64,000 nt of DNA from an uncultured Chloroflexia bacterium (GTDB lineage: Bacteria > Chloroflexota > Limnocylindria > Limnocylindrales > CSP1-4), in assembly GCA_963712745.1 (NCBI GenBank), contig CAVQJC010000015.1, positions 128,001-192,000 on the forward strand, given 5' to 3'. Made by a program: the position numbers and the translations under genes. The notes below the pieces were generated by a model. The model worked only from the letters and a program-made list of their open reading frames with translations. It had not been told where the DNA came from and ran no database searches. This document shows, in pieces, positions 17,771-31,884 of this stretch (within the stretch, counting starts at the first letter, position 1; every line of letters begins with the position of its first letter).

Positions 17771-18853
17771 GTGAGCGACACCACCTCGGAGGAGACCGCC
17801 GCAAGCGCCGTGGCCAGCGCCGCCGCCGCGAGCCTGGCCGCAGCGCACGAGGCCGCAGCGAGCCAGGCCGCACAGAACGAGGGGCCGGCCTTCCCGCACA
17901 GCAAGAGCAAGCCGGCGCAGCTCCCGGGCATCTGGGAGAAGGAACCCCGCTGGGTCCGCTCCTTCCGCTACAGGATCGACGTTGGGCCCCGCCAGTTCGC
18001 CGCCTCGGTGGCAGCGGTCATCATCGCCATCGCCGTCGTCTCGGCGACCGTGATACTGGCGCCGGCCGACCAGCGCTCACTCATCGCAGGAGCCTCGCTG
18101 GTGGGGCTGGTCGCGGGCGCGGCTCTGACCTCGGTCGGCGTCTACGGCGGGGTGCTCGTGCCGGGCCTGCTGCTGCTGGGCGTGCACCCGCTCTTCGCCG
18201 CTCCCCTGTCACTCTTCCTGCAAGTGCTCATCGTGCCCTTCGGCGCCAGCGCCCACGTCCGCCTCGGCAACGTTTCGCGGCCGATCGTGGTGCCGCTCGT
18301 CATCGGCGGCGTCATCGGCGCGGTGCTGGGGCCGGTCGTGGCCTCATTCTTCGAGGCCGACGTCATCCGTCTGGCGGTGGAGGTGCTCATCATCGTCAGC
18401 GCCATCCTGCTGCTGGTGAGCCTGCCGCTGAAGAAGATGCAGGTGTCGCGGCCGCCGGGTGACGAGCCCGCAGCCCGCATCGGGGCCATCGGCACCGCCT
18501 CCGGCATGGCCAGCGGCATCTCCGGCGCCGGGTGGGGCCCGATGGGCGTGACGCTGCTCATCCTCTCACGCCTGGAACCGCGCATCGCGGTGGGCTCCTC
18601 GGTGTTCGGGCGCATCTTCATGGCCGCAGCCGCAGTGGTCAGCGCCGTCGTGCTGCTGTCCACGGGATCGGGTCACTTCGACGAGGTGGTGCCGCAGTGG
18701 GAGCTCGTGCCGGCCATCCTGGCGGCTTCGCTGGCGGCGATGCTACCTGGCGCCATCCTGACCTCGCGCCTGGGCCGCACGCGCATGTCGGTGCTCATCG
18801 CCACGGTCTCGATCAGCCTCGCCTCGGCTGCGCTCATCGTGGGCCTGCTGTAG
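17771..18853 (+). CDS. TauE/SafE (TSUP) family sulfite exporter-like membrane protein
   Basis: Multiple TM helices, GVYGGVLVP and SGISGAGWGP repeats; divergent from cysDN. Confidence 0.8.
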   Translation: MSDTTSEETAASAVASAAAASLAAAHEAAASQAAQNEGPAFPHSKSKPAQLPGIWEKEPRWVRSFRYRIDVGPRQFAASVAAVIIAIAVVSATVILAPADQRSLIAGASLVGLVAGAALTSVGVYGGVLVPGLLLLGVHPLFAAPLSLFLQVLIVPFGASAHVRLGNVSRPIVVPLVIGGVIGAVLGPVVASFFEADVIRLAVEVLIIVSAILLLVSLPLKKMQVSRPPGDEPAARIGAIGTASGMASGISGAGWGPMGVTLLILSRLEPRIAVGSSVFGRIFMAAAAVVSAVVLLSTGSGHFDEVVPQWELVPAILAASLAAMLPGAILTSRLGRTRMSVLIATVSISLASAALIVGLL

Positions 18854-18989
18854 GCGCGGGCGGGTCGCGCTGGCCTGACTGAGCGTGCTGGTCGTGCCGG
18901 TCGGGCTGGTCGTGCTGCCGGGCGGGTGGTGGCGGCGGTGGTGGCGGTGGTGAGCGGTGATACGCGGTGAGGAGCGGTGATGACCGGTT

Positions 18990-19141
18990 GTTCCCGTCAA
19001 ACGGGACGACGCGACGAGATGGCTGTCGAACCGTCTTGATCCAGGTCATTCAACGGGATTTCGCGTCACGGTGTCCCGATGGTCGGGAATCCTCGGCGTT
19101 TTCTGGACATGCCACGTCGTGTTGTCCCGTCGAGCGGGAAC
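18990..19141. mobile_element. MITE/REP-like element family 2 (152 bp, 27-bp imperfect terminal inverted repeats)
   Basis: Left GTTCCCGTCAAACGGGACGACGCGACG vs reverse complement of right end GTTCCCGCTCGACGGGACAACACGACG (21/27). Confidence 0.5.
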
Positions 19142-19232
19142 CGCACGGTGGGGCCTGCGCCGTGGGAACCGCACGGTGGGGCCTGCGCCGTGGGAACCGC
19201 ACGGTGGGGCCTGCGCCGTGGGAACCGCACGG
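19136..19232. repeat. 28-bp perfect tandem repeat, about 3.5 copies
   Basis: GGGAACCGCACGGTGGGGCCTGCGCCGT at 19136, 19164, 19192 and partial at 19220; no spacers. Confidence 0.95.
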
Positions 19233-19352
19233 AGGTCCGCGCTGAAGAGTCCGCGCCGGGAGGACCGAGTCCCTAACAGGGCGCCGGCGCCGGAGGCTCG
19301 GGCCCCAGCGCCGGCGCGCCGTTCGCGGCTGGTATTCAGGTAAGGGTCGCTG

Positions 19353-20750
19353 CTATGGCTTGATGTCGAGCAGGATCTGTGCCTTGCGCAGGTTGGCGTT
19401 GCGATCGTTCCAGGCAGGGACGCGGAGGCGGAAGCAGTCGGCGTTGGCAGCGGAGACGAGGACCCGCGAGGAGTCGCGCCCTGCCGGGTACACGGAGAAC
19501 TCCTTGAGGTTGCGCAGGCCGCCGGGGCGATAGCCGCGCAGGCCGAGGTTGCCCTTGAAGCCGTCTGCCAGGTGGAGGCTGACGGTGGCCAGGCCGCTGG
19601 AGGGACGGCGCACACCGGGCACCGCGGCTCGGAGACGCGAGTTGGCGAACGCCTCCGCTGTGATGCTGGCCGGCGCGCCAGTCCCCGGACCGATGCGATC
19701 CAAGTGGAGCACGACACGCTCGTAGCCCGAGCCGTCCGCGAACGACACCCGACCCAGGGACCAGACGCGGCCACGCGGGTCCTCGAGGCGTACCGAGCCG
19801 TCGCAGATCCAGCCGCTGCGCCTCGTCTGCACCCCGGCGTCCCTGGGCGTGATGGACGTCTCCGATCGTGCTCCGCCGGCTGTCTGATCGACACCCTCAC
19901 CGTCGAGCGTGGTCGTGGATAGCCCTCGGTCCGAGCCAGCCTCGAGCGGGTCCGACTCGAGCGGATCCGGGCCGGCCTCGAGCGGATCCGGGCCAGCCTC
20001 GAGCGGGTCCGACTCGAGCGGGTCGGACTCGAGTGGGTCGAGGCTGAGGTCTCGTGCGAGCACCTGCGCCGAGGCCGGCATCTCCGTCGGGCCGGCGGCC
20101 GCACGCGTCGGTGCGAACGTCGCGGGCGCGTCGTCAGCGTCCGTCGCGGCCGCGATCGAGGGGGCCGGAGAGGACGGGGCCAGCATGGCAGCCGCGGCGG
20201 GCTCACGCGCACCGCCTCGCGGCGCCAGGGTGGCGTACATCGCCGAGACACCGACGACGGCGGCGACCACGAGGGACGCCGCGAGGAAGGCACGACGGCC
20301 GCGCGAGGCGTGCCGCCGCTGCCTGGCATCGGAGCCTGACGCGAGGCCAGCGGCGCCGAAGCCCGAGAACGCGGTGGGGACCGATGCGGGCGGCAGCGCG
20401 GTCACGGGCGCCGCTCGCAGCTGCTCGGACGGCCCCGAAGACGGACTGGAGCCGATGAACGATGCGCACTCGATGCAGAACGAGCGGCTAGGCAGATTGG
20501 GCGTGTCACAGCTCCAGCACGACACCGTCGAGCCCGTTTCCGGGGCGGGAGCCGCCGCCCGGAAGGCGCCCTGCACGGGGATAGGTGACGGGGCACGCGC
20601 TGGCGGAGGAGCGGCGGCGGAAGCGGCAGGCACAGCGGAGTCGAACCGCTCGACCTCGGCCGGGGGCAGGAGCGACTCGCAAACGCCACAGAAGACTGAG
20701 GCGGCAGGGACTCGCGAGCCGCAGGCAGGACAGACAAGTTGGTCGGGCAC
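19353..20750 (-). CDS. Membrane protein: two N-terminal zinc ribbons, one TM, C-terminal AMIN-like domain
   Basis: CPACG..FCGVC and CWSC..FCIEC, TM helix, DPLES/DPLEAGP repeats near 19931-20045, GYERVVLHLD; GTG start inferred. Confidence 0.7.
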   Translation of the reverse strand: MPDQLVCPACGSRVPAASVFCGVCESLLPPAEVERFDSAVPAASAAAPPPARAPSPIPVQGAFRAAAPAPETGSTVSCWSCDTPNLPSRSFCIECASFIGSSPSSGPSEQLRAAPVTALPPASVPTAFSGFGAAGLASGSDARQRRHASRGRRAFLAASLVVAAVVGVSAMYATLAPRGGAREPAAAAMLAPSSPAPSIAAATDADDAPATFAPTRAAAGPTEMPASAQVLARDLSLDPLESDPLESDPLEAGPDPLEAGPDPLESDPLEAGSDRGLSTTTLDGEGVDQTAGGARSETSITPRDAGVQTRRSGWICDGSVRLEDPRGRVWSLGRVSFADGSGYERVVLHLDRIGPGTGAPASITAEAFANSRLRAAVPGVRRPSSGLATVSLHLADGFKGNLGLRGYRPGGLRNLKEFSVYPAGRDSSRVLVSAANADCFRLRVPAWNDRNANLRKAQILLDIKP

Positions 20751-21020
20751 GCCGCAAGCCTGATGGCTGGGCTGGGCAGGCGTGAATGAGCAGACGTGCG
20801 TAGCGGACAAGTACTACGCCTCGTGTGGTACCACTGGCTCGCCTCGCGTCAGCGGCTCGCCTCGCGTCAGCGGAGCCCAGGCTTCGGTCGGGACGGGGGT
20901 CGCGGCCAGCGTCAGGCCCGCCAGCGCGCCCAGGACCACCCAGTCGCGCGTCCGGCCAAGACCGCCAAGGCGCTCGGAGAAGGCCCGAAGCCAGGCAGGA
21001 TGAGCGGCCGTGGGCAGTTT

Positions 21021-22067
21021 CTACTCCACGCCCAGGACGACGAAGAGCGAGAGGCTCACCAGCGCGAGCATGACCGCCACGGCAAGGCCCATGATGAACG
21101 GGGCCGGCCCCGTCTGGCGCAGCGACGCCAGCTTGGTCGAGAGGCCCACGCCCACGAGCGCCATGACGATGAAGACCCCGGAGATACGGACGAGGGCGTC
21201 GGCTACCTCCTCGGGGATGAAGCCGGCGCTGTTGACGAGCGCCAGCGCCAGGAAGCCGAGCAGGAACGGGGGCACCGCCTTGCGCGCCGACTTCAGCCAA
21301 CTGCGGCGCTCATCCGGGCTCGGCGCGCTTGACGAACCGCCATCTTCGCGGCCGGCGAACCACATCCCCACCGCGAAGATGACCGGCACCATCAGCGTGT
21401 TGCGGGTGAGCTTGACGATGGTAGCGGTCTCGCCGGCCTCGACCGAGTAGCTGAAGGCGGTGGCGGTGACTTGGCTGGTGTCGTTGACGGCCGCACCGGC
21501 CCAGTGCCCGAAGAGCACGTCCGACATGCCCAGTGCGTGCCCGATGAGCGGATAGACGATGACGGCTGCGGTGCCGAAGAGAGTGATGGTGGCGACCGCG
21601 AACGAAAGGTCGCGCTCCTCGGCCTTGATCACGGGGGCGGTCGCGGCGATGGCGGTGTTGCCGCAGATGGCCGTGCCTACGCCGATGAGCGCGGAGAGCT
21701 TCGGCGACAGGCCCAGGGCGCGCCCCAGCGCCAGCGTCACCACCAGCACCAGCACGATATCGATGACCAGCACCGCGATGGCGCCAAGACCGGTCGAGAG
21801 GATGTCGGCGAGCGACAGTCGAGCGCCGAGCAGGACGATGCCGATGGGCAGGAACCAGCTACGCGCCAGCTTGGCCCCGGGGTCGATGGCGGGGCTGGGC
21901 CGCAGGTTGGCCACGATGATGCCGAGGAAGAGGCCGACTGTGACCGCACCGAAGATGCCCGGAAGGACGAGTGTGGAAGCGTAGGCCACGACGGCCAACA
22001 CGACGACCAGGAGCAGTCCGGGCGCGGTTTGGGCGAGGGCGTCCCGACGAAACACATCGGGAACCAT
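21021..22067 (-). CDS. YeiH/UPF0324 putative sulfate exporter family membrane protein
   Basis: GIVLLGARL, GTAICGNTAIAA, AVNDTSQV, VKLTRN motifs. Confidence 0.9.
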   Translation of the reverse strand: MVPDVFRRDALAQTAPGLLLVVVLAVVAYASTLVLPGIFGAVTVGLFLGIIVANLRPSPAIDPGAKLARSWFLPIGIVLLGARLSLADILSTGLGAIAVLVIDIVLVLVVTLALGRALGLSPKLSALIGVGTAICGNTAIAATAPVIKAEERDLSFAVATITLFGTAAVIVYPLIGHALGMSDVLFGHWAGAAVNDTSQVTATAFSYSVEAGETATIVKLTRNTLMVPVIFAVGMWFAGREDGGSSSAPSPDERRSWLKSARKAVPPFLLGFLALALVNSAGFIPEEVADALVRISGVFIVMALVGVGLSTKLASLRQTGPAPFIMGLAVAVMLALVSLSLFVVLGVE

Positions 22068-22134
22068 AGCGTCCGGTGGTGTCGCGCAAGCCGCCGGCCC
22101 GTCCGGCCCCGGCGGTCGGCGTGATGTGGGGTCG

Positions 22135-22653
22135 CTAGCCGGTAGGCTCGGCCCAGACGACGCCGGGGCCCAGCAGGATGCTCACGTCGCGTCGCTCCTT
22201 GGAGCTCGCGTCACGGACCTCGTGGGCCACGAAGGCGCCAAAGCCCTGGCGGGTGCGCATCGACTCTGCCATCACCTCCGCAGCCACGTTGCTGGGCAGG
22301 AAGCCCACCTGCCGGCTGTCGTCGCCGGTCCAGACGGCGATGGCAAATCGATCCTGCGGCTGAGCGTCGGGCTTGAGCAGCACGCGCTGGCCGACTTGGA
22401 GGGCCGGATGCTGAAGCCCGTCGAAGTCCATGACGCCGGCTACCTCGGACAGGCGGCAGCCAGCCTCGACGAGAGCTCGCGGCAACTCATGCTCCTCCAA
22501 CCAGTTGCCGCCGTCTTCACTGAAGCGCAGGCCGCGCGCCTCGATCCCGGAGTCGATCGCGCCCCACCACTCGGGCAGCACGGCGGCCAAAGACGCTGAG
22601 CCGGCGTGGACGATGAACTGCTGGCGCTGCGGGCGATGCTTCGGCTGTGTCAT
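22135..22653 (-). CDS. HIRAN-like domain protein
   Basis: VAGV...LQVGQRVLLKPDAQPQDRFAIAV...QVGFLP resembles the HIRAN consensus. Confidence 0.6.
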   Translation of the reverse strand: MTQPKHRPQRQQFIVHAGSASLAAVLPEWWGAIDSGIEARGLRFSEDGGNWLEEHELPRALVEAGCRLSEVAGVMDFDGLQHPALQVGQRVLLKPDAQPQDRFAIAVWTGDDSRQVGFLPSNVAAEVMAESMRTRQGFGAFVAHEVRDASSKERRDVSILLGPGVVWAEPTG

Positions 22654-22756
22654 CTGGCGGGATCCCTCGGTATACGGGCGAATGACAACAGCGTAACTCG
22701 GAGCGCGCTGCAGTGGACTGCAGGGTGCAGTGGCGCCGGCCGCCGCCTGGCTACCG

Positions 22757-23041
22757 TCAGCGCATGAGCAGTCTGATCCCGGCTCGGGCCACTCGGCGCA
22801 CGAGGTTGACCGCGAATGCGATCACGAGCAGCGACAGCCCTGAGGAGCCGGCCGGCGTGGCCACCCAGGCCAGGCGTTGATAGCCCATGGCCTCCTCGGC
22901 CTCGACGGCAGGGGTGCGCTCCCAATCTTCGAACGGGTCCTCGTCCGGTCGGCCGAGCGCTTCCGGCCCGCCGGCGGCATCTCCTCCATCGGCCGTGCCC
23001 GGTCGGCTCCGGCGGCGCGAGCCGCGTCGTTGCTGGATCAC
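22757..23041 (-). CDS. Small hypothetical membrane-associated protein
   Basis: GTG with purine-rich RBS, C-terminal hydrophobic segment. Confidence 0.4.
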   Translation of the reverse strand: MIQQRRGSRRRSRPGTADGGDAAGGPEALGRPDEDPFEDWERTPAVEAEEAMGYQRLAWVATPAGSSGLSLLVIAFAVNLVRRVARAGIRLLMR

Positions 23042-23177
23042 CGTGCTTCCCCCAACGTGCGAGCGTTTCTGACCCCATCGTGCGCCCCTTGACCGCAGAG
23101 TCAAGTGACCGAAGTCCCTGGCGACACAGCAGACGCCCGCGGGGTCGTAGCTGAGCTGGACCGGGTGGCGCGGTGCG

Positions 23178-24644
23178 CTAACGGGCGAGGGCGACGTCGC
23201 TGCGGGCGAGATCCTTGGCCGCCAGCAGTGACGGCCGGCCGGTGAGGTACTCATCGACCGCACGGGCACATTCCCGGCCCTCGCTGATGGCCCACACCAC
23301 GAGCGACTGGCCGCGACGCATGTCGCCGGCCACGAACACGCCCTGGCGCGAGGTGGCGTAGCCCGACGAGGCGCAGTTGCCACGGTCGTCCTTCTCGACG
23401 CCGAAATCGTCGAGGACGGCGTGCTCAGGATGAAGGAAACCCATGGCCAGCAGCACCAGCTGCGCCGGCAACTCGTACTCGGAGTCGGCCACCTCCTTGG
23501 GGTGTCCCTGACTCCAGTCGCCGCGCACCGCACGGATGGCCCGAAGCGCGCCCGTATCGTCGGTCAGGAACTCCTTGGACATCACCGCCCAGTCACGCTC
23601 GGCACCCTCGGCCTGCGAGGTCGAGGTCGAAAGCCCGCGCGGACCTGGGTGGGTCGGCCAGGGAGTGGCCTCGGTCCGGCCCTCGGGCGGCTTGGGCATG
23701 ATCTCGATCTGCGTGACCGAGCGTGCGCCCTGGCGGATGGACGTTCCGACACAGTCGGAGCCGGTGTCGCCGCCGCCGATGACGACCACGTCCTTGCCGG
23801 TGGCCAGGATGTCGGTCCCCTCGGGGATGGCGTCACCGGCCACGCGCCGGTTGGACTGGGCCAGGAAGTCCATGGCGAACTCGACGCCGTCGGACAGACG
23901 CCCGGGGATGGGCAGGTCGCGAGGCTTGGTCGAACCACCGGCCAGCACGACTGCGTCGTACTTGGCCTGCAGCTGGGAGGCCGGGTAGTCCACGCCGACG
24001 TGTGTTCCCGTGCGGAAGACCACGCCCTCGTCAAGCATCAGGTTGATTCGCCGGTCGAGCACGCGCTTGCCGAGCTTGAAGTCGGGGATGCCGTAGCGCA
24101 GCAGGCCACCCGGTCGGTCGGCTCGTTCGAAGACGACCACCTGGTGGCCGGCACGGTTGAGCTGGTCGGCAGCGGCCAGACCGGCCGGGCCCGAGCCGAT
24201 GACCGCCACCCGCTTGCCCGTGCGCTCCGCCGGCGGCCGCGGCGAGGCCCAGCCCTCCTCGAAGGCCTTCTCGATGATCGCCAGCTCGATGTTCTTGATG
24301 GTCACGGCCGGCTTGTTGATGGCCAGCACACAGGCCGACTCGCACGGGGCCGGACAGACCCGCCCGGTGAACTCGGGGAAGTTGTTGGTGGAGTAGAGCG
24401 CCTTCAGCGCCCGCTCCCATTTGCCGCGGTAGACGTGGTCGTTGAAGTCGGGGATGACGTTGGCCAGGGGGCAGCCGCTGTGACAGAAGGGCACGCCGCA
24501 GTTCATGCAGCGAGCGCCCTGCTCTTCCACCTCCGTCTGCGCCATGGGCAGGGCGAACTCCTGCCAGTGGCGGATACGCTCGTCGACCGGCTCGTAGCCG
24601 GGGACCTTGCGCTCGAACTCCTTGAAGCCTGTGTCCTTGCCCAT
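23178..24644 (-). CDS. gltD: Glutamate synthase small subunit
   Basis: [66 protein letters not shown]. Confidence 0.95.
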   Translation of the reverse strand: MGKDTGFKEFERKVPGYEPVDERIRHWQEFALPMAQTEVEEQGARCMNCGVPFCHSGCPLANVIPDFNDHVYRGKWERALKALYSTNNFPEFTGRVCPAPCESACVLAINKPAVTIKNIELAIIEKAFEEGWASPRPPAERTGKRVAVIGSGPAGLAAADQLNRAGHQVVVFERADRPGGLLRYGIPDFKLGKRVLDRRINLMLDEGVVFRTGTHVGVDYPASQLQAKYDAVVLAGGSTKPRDLPIPGRLSDGVEFAMDFLAQSNRRVAGDAIPEGTDILATGKDVVVIGGGDTGSDCVGTSIRQGARSVTQIEIMPKPPEGRTEATPWPTHPGPRGLSTSTSQAEGAERDWAVMSKEFLTDDTGALRAIRAVRGDWSQGHPKEVADSEYELPAQLVLLAMGFLHPEHAVLDDFGVEKDDRGNCASSGYATSRQGVFVAGDMRRGQSLVVWAISEGRECARAVDEYLTGRPSLLAAKDLARSDVALAR

Positions 24645-24657
24645 GCCGCTCCCTGCC

Positions 24658-29170
<4,513 letters not shown>

Positions 29171-29274
29171 GGCGATCCTGCCTGGGTACGTTCGCCCGGA
29201 GGGCGACGTAGAGAGGGTTACCCAGCCTTCCGGGAACCCCTGCCGCCGTCCCCGGACTCGTGGGTGGACCCCGA

Positions 29275-29303
29275 ACTGTATGGAACGCGAGCGTCGCGGT
29301 CAA
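29275..29303 (-). promoter_or_regulatory. Sigma70-type promoter of gltBD
   Basis: TTGACC-17 bp-TACAGT on the minus strand, about 100 bp upstream of the gltB start. Confidence 0.55.
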
Positions 29304-29382
29304 ACGCGCGCTGTGGTGCGGGGGTTCGGCGCGGGCTCGGGCCGGGCGATCATGGTGCCTTCGAGCACCACCGTGGGCCCGC

Positions 29383-29970
29383 TCAGGGTCGCTCGTAGAA
29401 GCCCAACAGCGTGGCCTCGGCCAGGACGTGGTCGTGGATGGCCTCGATGACGGTGAGCTTGTCCGCGCCGGGCTCCCATCCGAGCTCCACGTCAAGCGCC
29501 AAGACCTTGAACACGTAGCGATGCGTGCCGTTGGGCGGACAGGGTCCACCGTAGCCGGTTCGGCCCCACGAGTTGGTGCCCGGCGTGCCCAGCGCCTCCA
29601 CGTCCTCGGCGATCTCAGCCACCGGTTCGATGTCGTACTCGACCCAGTGGTCCCAGGTGCCGGCCGGGGCGTCGGGGTCGTCCACGAGCAGGGCCAGCGA
29701 GACGGTCCCGGTCGGGATGTCATCGATGGACAGCGGCGGTGAGACGTCGATCCCATCACAGGTGTAGCGCTCGGGGATGTCACCCTCGTGCTCGAACGCG
29801 GTCGATGTGATTCGCATGGTCTTCTCCTCGCTGACCGGCGACTCCTGCGGCGCCGACTCTAGGTGCGGATCGGGACTGAGGACCGGGTCGGGGCTTTGGG
29901 CCACGACCTCGGCGGCCATGACGAGCGCCAGAAGGAGGCCGGACCCGACCCGGACGGCACTGCTCAGCAT
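29383..29970 (-). CDS. YbhB/YbcL family PEBP (Raf kinase inhibitor-like) protein
   Basis: YTCDG.DVSPPL, DDPDAP.GTWDHWV, GYGGPCPP.GTHRY. Confidence 0.92.
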   Translation of the reverse strand: MLSSAVRVGSGLLLALVMAAEVVAQSPDPVLSPDPHLESAPQESPVSEEKTMRITSTAFEHEGDIPERYTCDGIDVSPPLSIDDIPTGTVSLALLVDDPDAPAGTWDHWVEYDIEPVAEIAEDVEALGTPGTNSWGRTGYGGPCPPNGTHRYVFKVLALDVELGWEPGADKLTVIEAIHDHVLAEATLLGFYERP

Positions 29971-30050
29971 GTCACCTGCAGGATGGCCGAGATTCGGGCC
30001 AGGTCAAGGGGCCATCGGCACAGCCACCGGCCCGAGGTTCCGCGGTGACC

Positions 30051-30073
30051 GTGAGATGTAACCGATATCTCAC
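30051..30073. promoter_or_regulatory. Inverted repeat GTGAGAT-N9-ATCTCAC, candidate operator
   Basis: Perfect 7-bp inverted repeat in a divergent intergenic region. Confidence 0.35.
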
Positions 30074-30173
30074 TCGCCCGCTACGCCCCTGTCCGAGCGC
30101 GGGCGATAGGCTCGAAGGACCGCGCGGCAGGCACGCCACGAAGTGTCACGCCGAACCAGGGATGGAGGCCAGC

Positions 30174-30416
30174 TTGCAGTCGAAGGGTGATCAGGACCAG
30201 CGCCGAACGGCTGCAGCACGGGCCATGTGGGATGAGCTGGCCGTTCAGGCCAAGACGGTCCACTGCCCGACCCACTTTGCCCAGCCCTGGCGCGTCACCG
30301 TCCTCGGTGACGCACCGGCGGACTTCCGGCTATACGTCTCTGGCTGCTGCCCCCGCATCGGCGAGGCCGTCACCGAGATGATCCGCAAGGACCCTCGCGT
30401 CGCCGCGACCCGCTAG
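30174..30416 (+). CDS. Small hypothetical protein with CPTH and GCC motifs
   Basis: TTG start after GGAGG (in-frame ATG at 30162 is also possible); coding-like composition. Confidence 0.55.
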   Translation: MQSKGDQDQRRTAAARAMWDELAVQAKTVHCPTHFAQPWRVTVLGDAPADFRLYVSGCCPRIGEAVTEMIRKDPRVAATR

Positions 30417-30499
30417 GTTCCGCCGGCCAGGACCGGGTTCGAGCGGCCGGCAACTTGCCTTCTGGGGGACACTTGGCGACTTCCGACCGTCTATGGGGC

Positions 30500-31045
30500 A
30501 TGGAGGTCATGACGGGAGCGTTCGACCGCGAACTCACCGGGGTCATCGCATCAGCGGCCAGGGGCGACGAGGTCGCCTTCGGCCAGATCGTTGCGGCATA
30601 CCACGCGGACATGCACCGCGTATGCGTCTTCGTCTGCGGCGACCAGTCCGTGGCCGAGGATGCGGTCCAGGCAGCGTGGGCCATCGCCTGGCGCAAGCTC
30701 GACTCCGTCCGCGATGGCAGCCGGCTCAAGCCCTGGCTGGTGTCGGTCGCGGTCAACCAGGCCCGCGATCTCATGCGCAAACGGCGACGGCAAGCGGAGA
30801 TCGAGGTCCTCGCGGAGCGCGGGCGTGAGCAGGGCGGCATCGACCCGGCCACCGGCATCGATGCGCTCGATATGCGACATGCCCTCCTGGCCCTCAAGCC
30901 CGAAGACCGGGCGCTGCTGGCCATGCGCTACGTGGCCGGCTTCAACGCGACCGAGCTGTCCAACGCACTCGGCATCAGCCCATCCGGCGTGCGCAACCGG
31001 CTGGAACGACTGACCGCGCGCCTGCGCGAGGAGCTCGAGGCATGA
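30500..31045 (+). CDS. ECF RNA polymerase sigma factor
   Basis: GDEVAFGQIV, AEDAVQAAW, WLVSVAVNQARD, region 4 LGISPSGVRNRLER. Confidence 0.9.
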   Translation: MEVMTGAFDRELTGVIASAARGDEVAFGQIVAAYHADMHRVCVFVCGDQSVAEDAVQAAWAIAWRKLDSVRDGSRLKPWLVSVAVNQARDLMRKRRRQAEIEVLAERGREQGGIDPATGIDALDMRHALLALKPEDRALLAMRYVAGFNATELSNALGISPSGVRNRLERLTARLREELEA

Positions 31046-31704
31046 CCGACAAGAACGCCTTCGACCGCCAGCTCGCGCGGGAGATCGAAAATCTCTCCGG
31101 CCCCGTGCCTCGCGTGGACGTCAGGACCATCGTGGCCGAGGCGGCCCGGCCCGCGATGCGCCCACGCTGGGCCTGGCTGGGCGGCTCGCTCCGGCTCGCT
31201 GCGGCCACCGCGGTCATCGCCCTCTTCGGCGCGGTGCTCGTGCTGGGCTTCATGCGCAGCGGTGAGCAGGGAGTCATGCTGCCGCCGGGCGCTTCGTCGT
31301 CACCCCTACCTCTTCCCTCCCCCTCCGTCGGGGGCTCCGTCCCGGTCAGCGGGACGTGGGTCCTGCCCGATCCGCCGACCTGCGAGACAGCCATGGCCCC
31401 GGTGGACGAGCCGATGATGCTGTCGGCCACGACCTGTCACGGGCTCCGCGTGCAGGCTGACGACCCGCGCCTCAGCGGAGAGGGAAGCACCAGGCAGGAG
31501 GTGTGGGCGGACGATCTGCCGACGCCGGAGGTGTGGAGCCTCGTCAACGCCGGCGGCACGTGGACCAGCCAGCGCTACCACGACCACGACCGCTTCGTCT
31601 TCGTCGGCGAAGGCGGCTACGACGGTCTCACCGCGGTCGTGACCCTGGCTGAGGACGGGAGCCTGCATGGCTTCGTTCGCGTCGGCCAGCCACGCGGGGA
31701 CTGA
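31042..31704 (+). CDS. Putative anti-sigma factor: short cytoplasmic N-terminus, one TM, extracellular DPRxSG-family domain
   Basis: ATGA overlap with the ECF gene; FDRQLARE N-terminus; TM; DDPRLSG, LVNAGGTW, FVGEGGYDGL motifs. Confidence 0.7.
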   Translation: MTDKNAFDRQLAREIENLSGPVPRVDVRTIVAEAARPAMRPRWAWLGGSLRLAAATAVIALFGAVLVLGFMRSGEQGVMLPPGASSSPLPLPSPSVGGSVPVSGTWVLPDPPTCETAMAPVDEPMMLSATTCHGLRVQADDPRLSGEGSTRQEVWADDLPTPEVWSLVNAGGTWTSQRYHDHDRFVFVGEGGYDGLTAVVTLAEDGSLHGFVRVGQPRGD

Positions 31705-31884
31705 CCGCATGCTTCGACTGACCACCTACCGACGCCCGGGCCTGGTCCCGCGGCGCATGAACCTGGCCCCATGGCCGAGGCCCTTGTCGACTGCTCCATG
31801 GAGCGGGCCTCGATGGAACGACCGACGCGCGAGCCCGGGCTCGAGACCGGCGCCGCACGTCAGCGACGAACAAGGAGAGAACTC

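Noticed and set aside
19136-19232. CRISPR array
   Set aside because: The 28-bp units are directly adjacent with no spacers, and no cas genes are in the window
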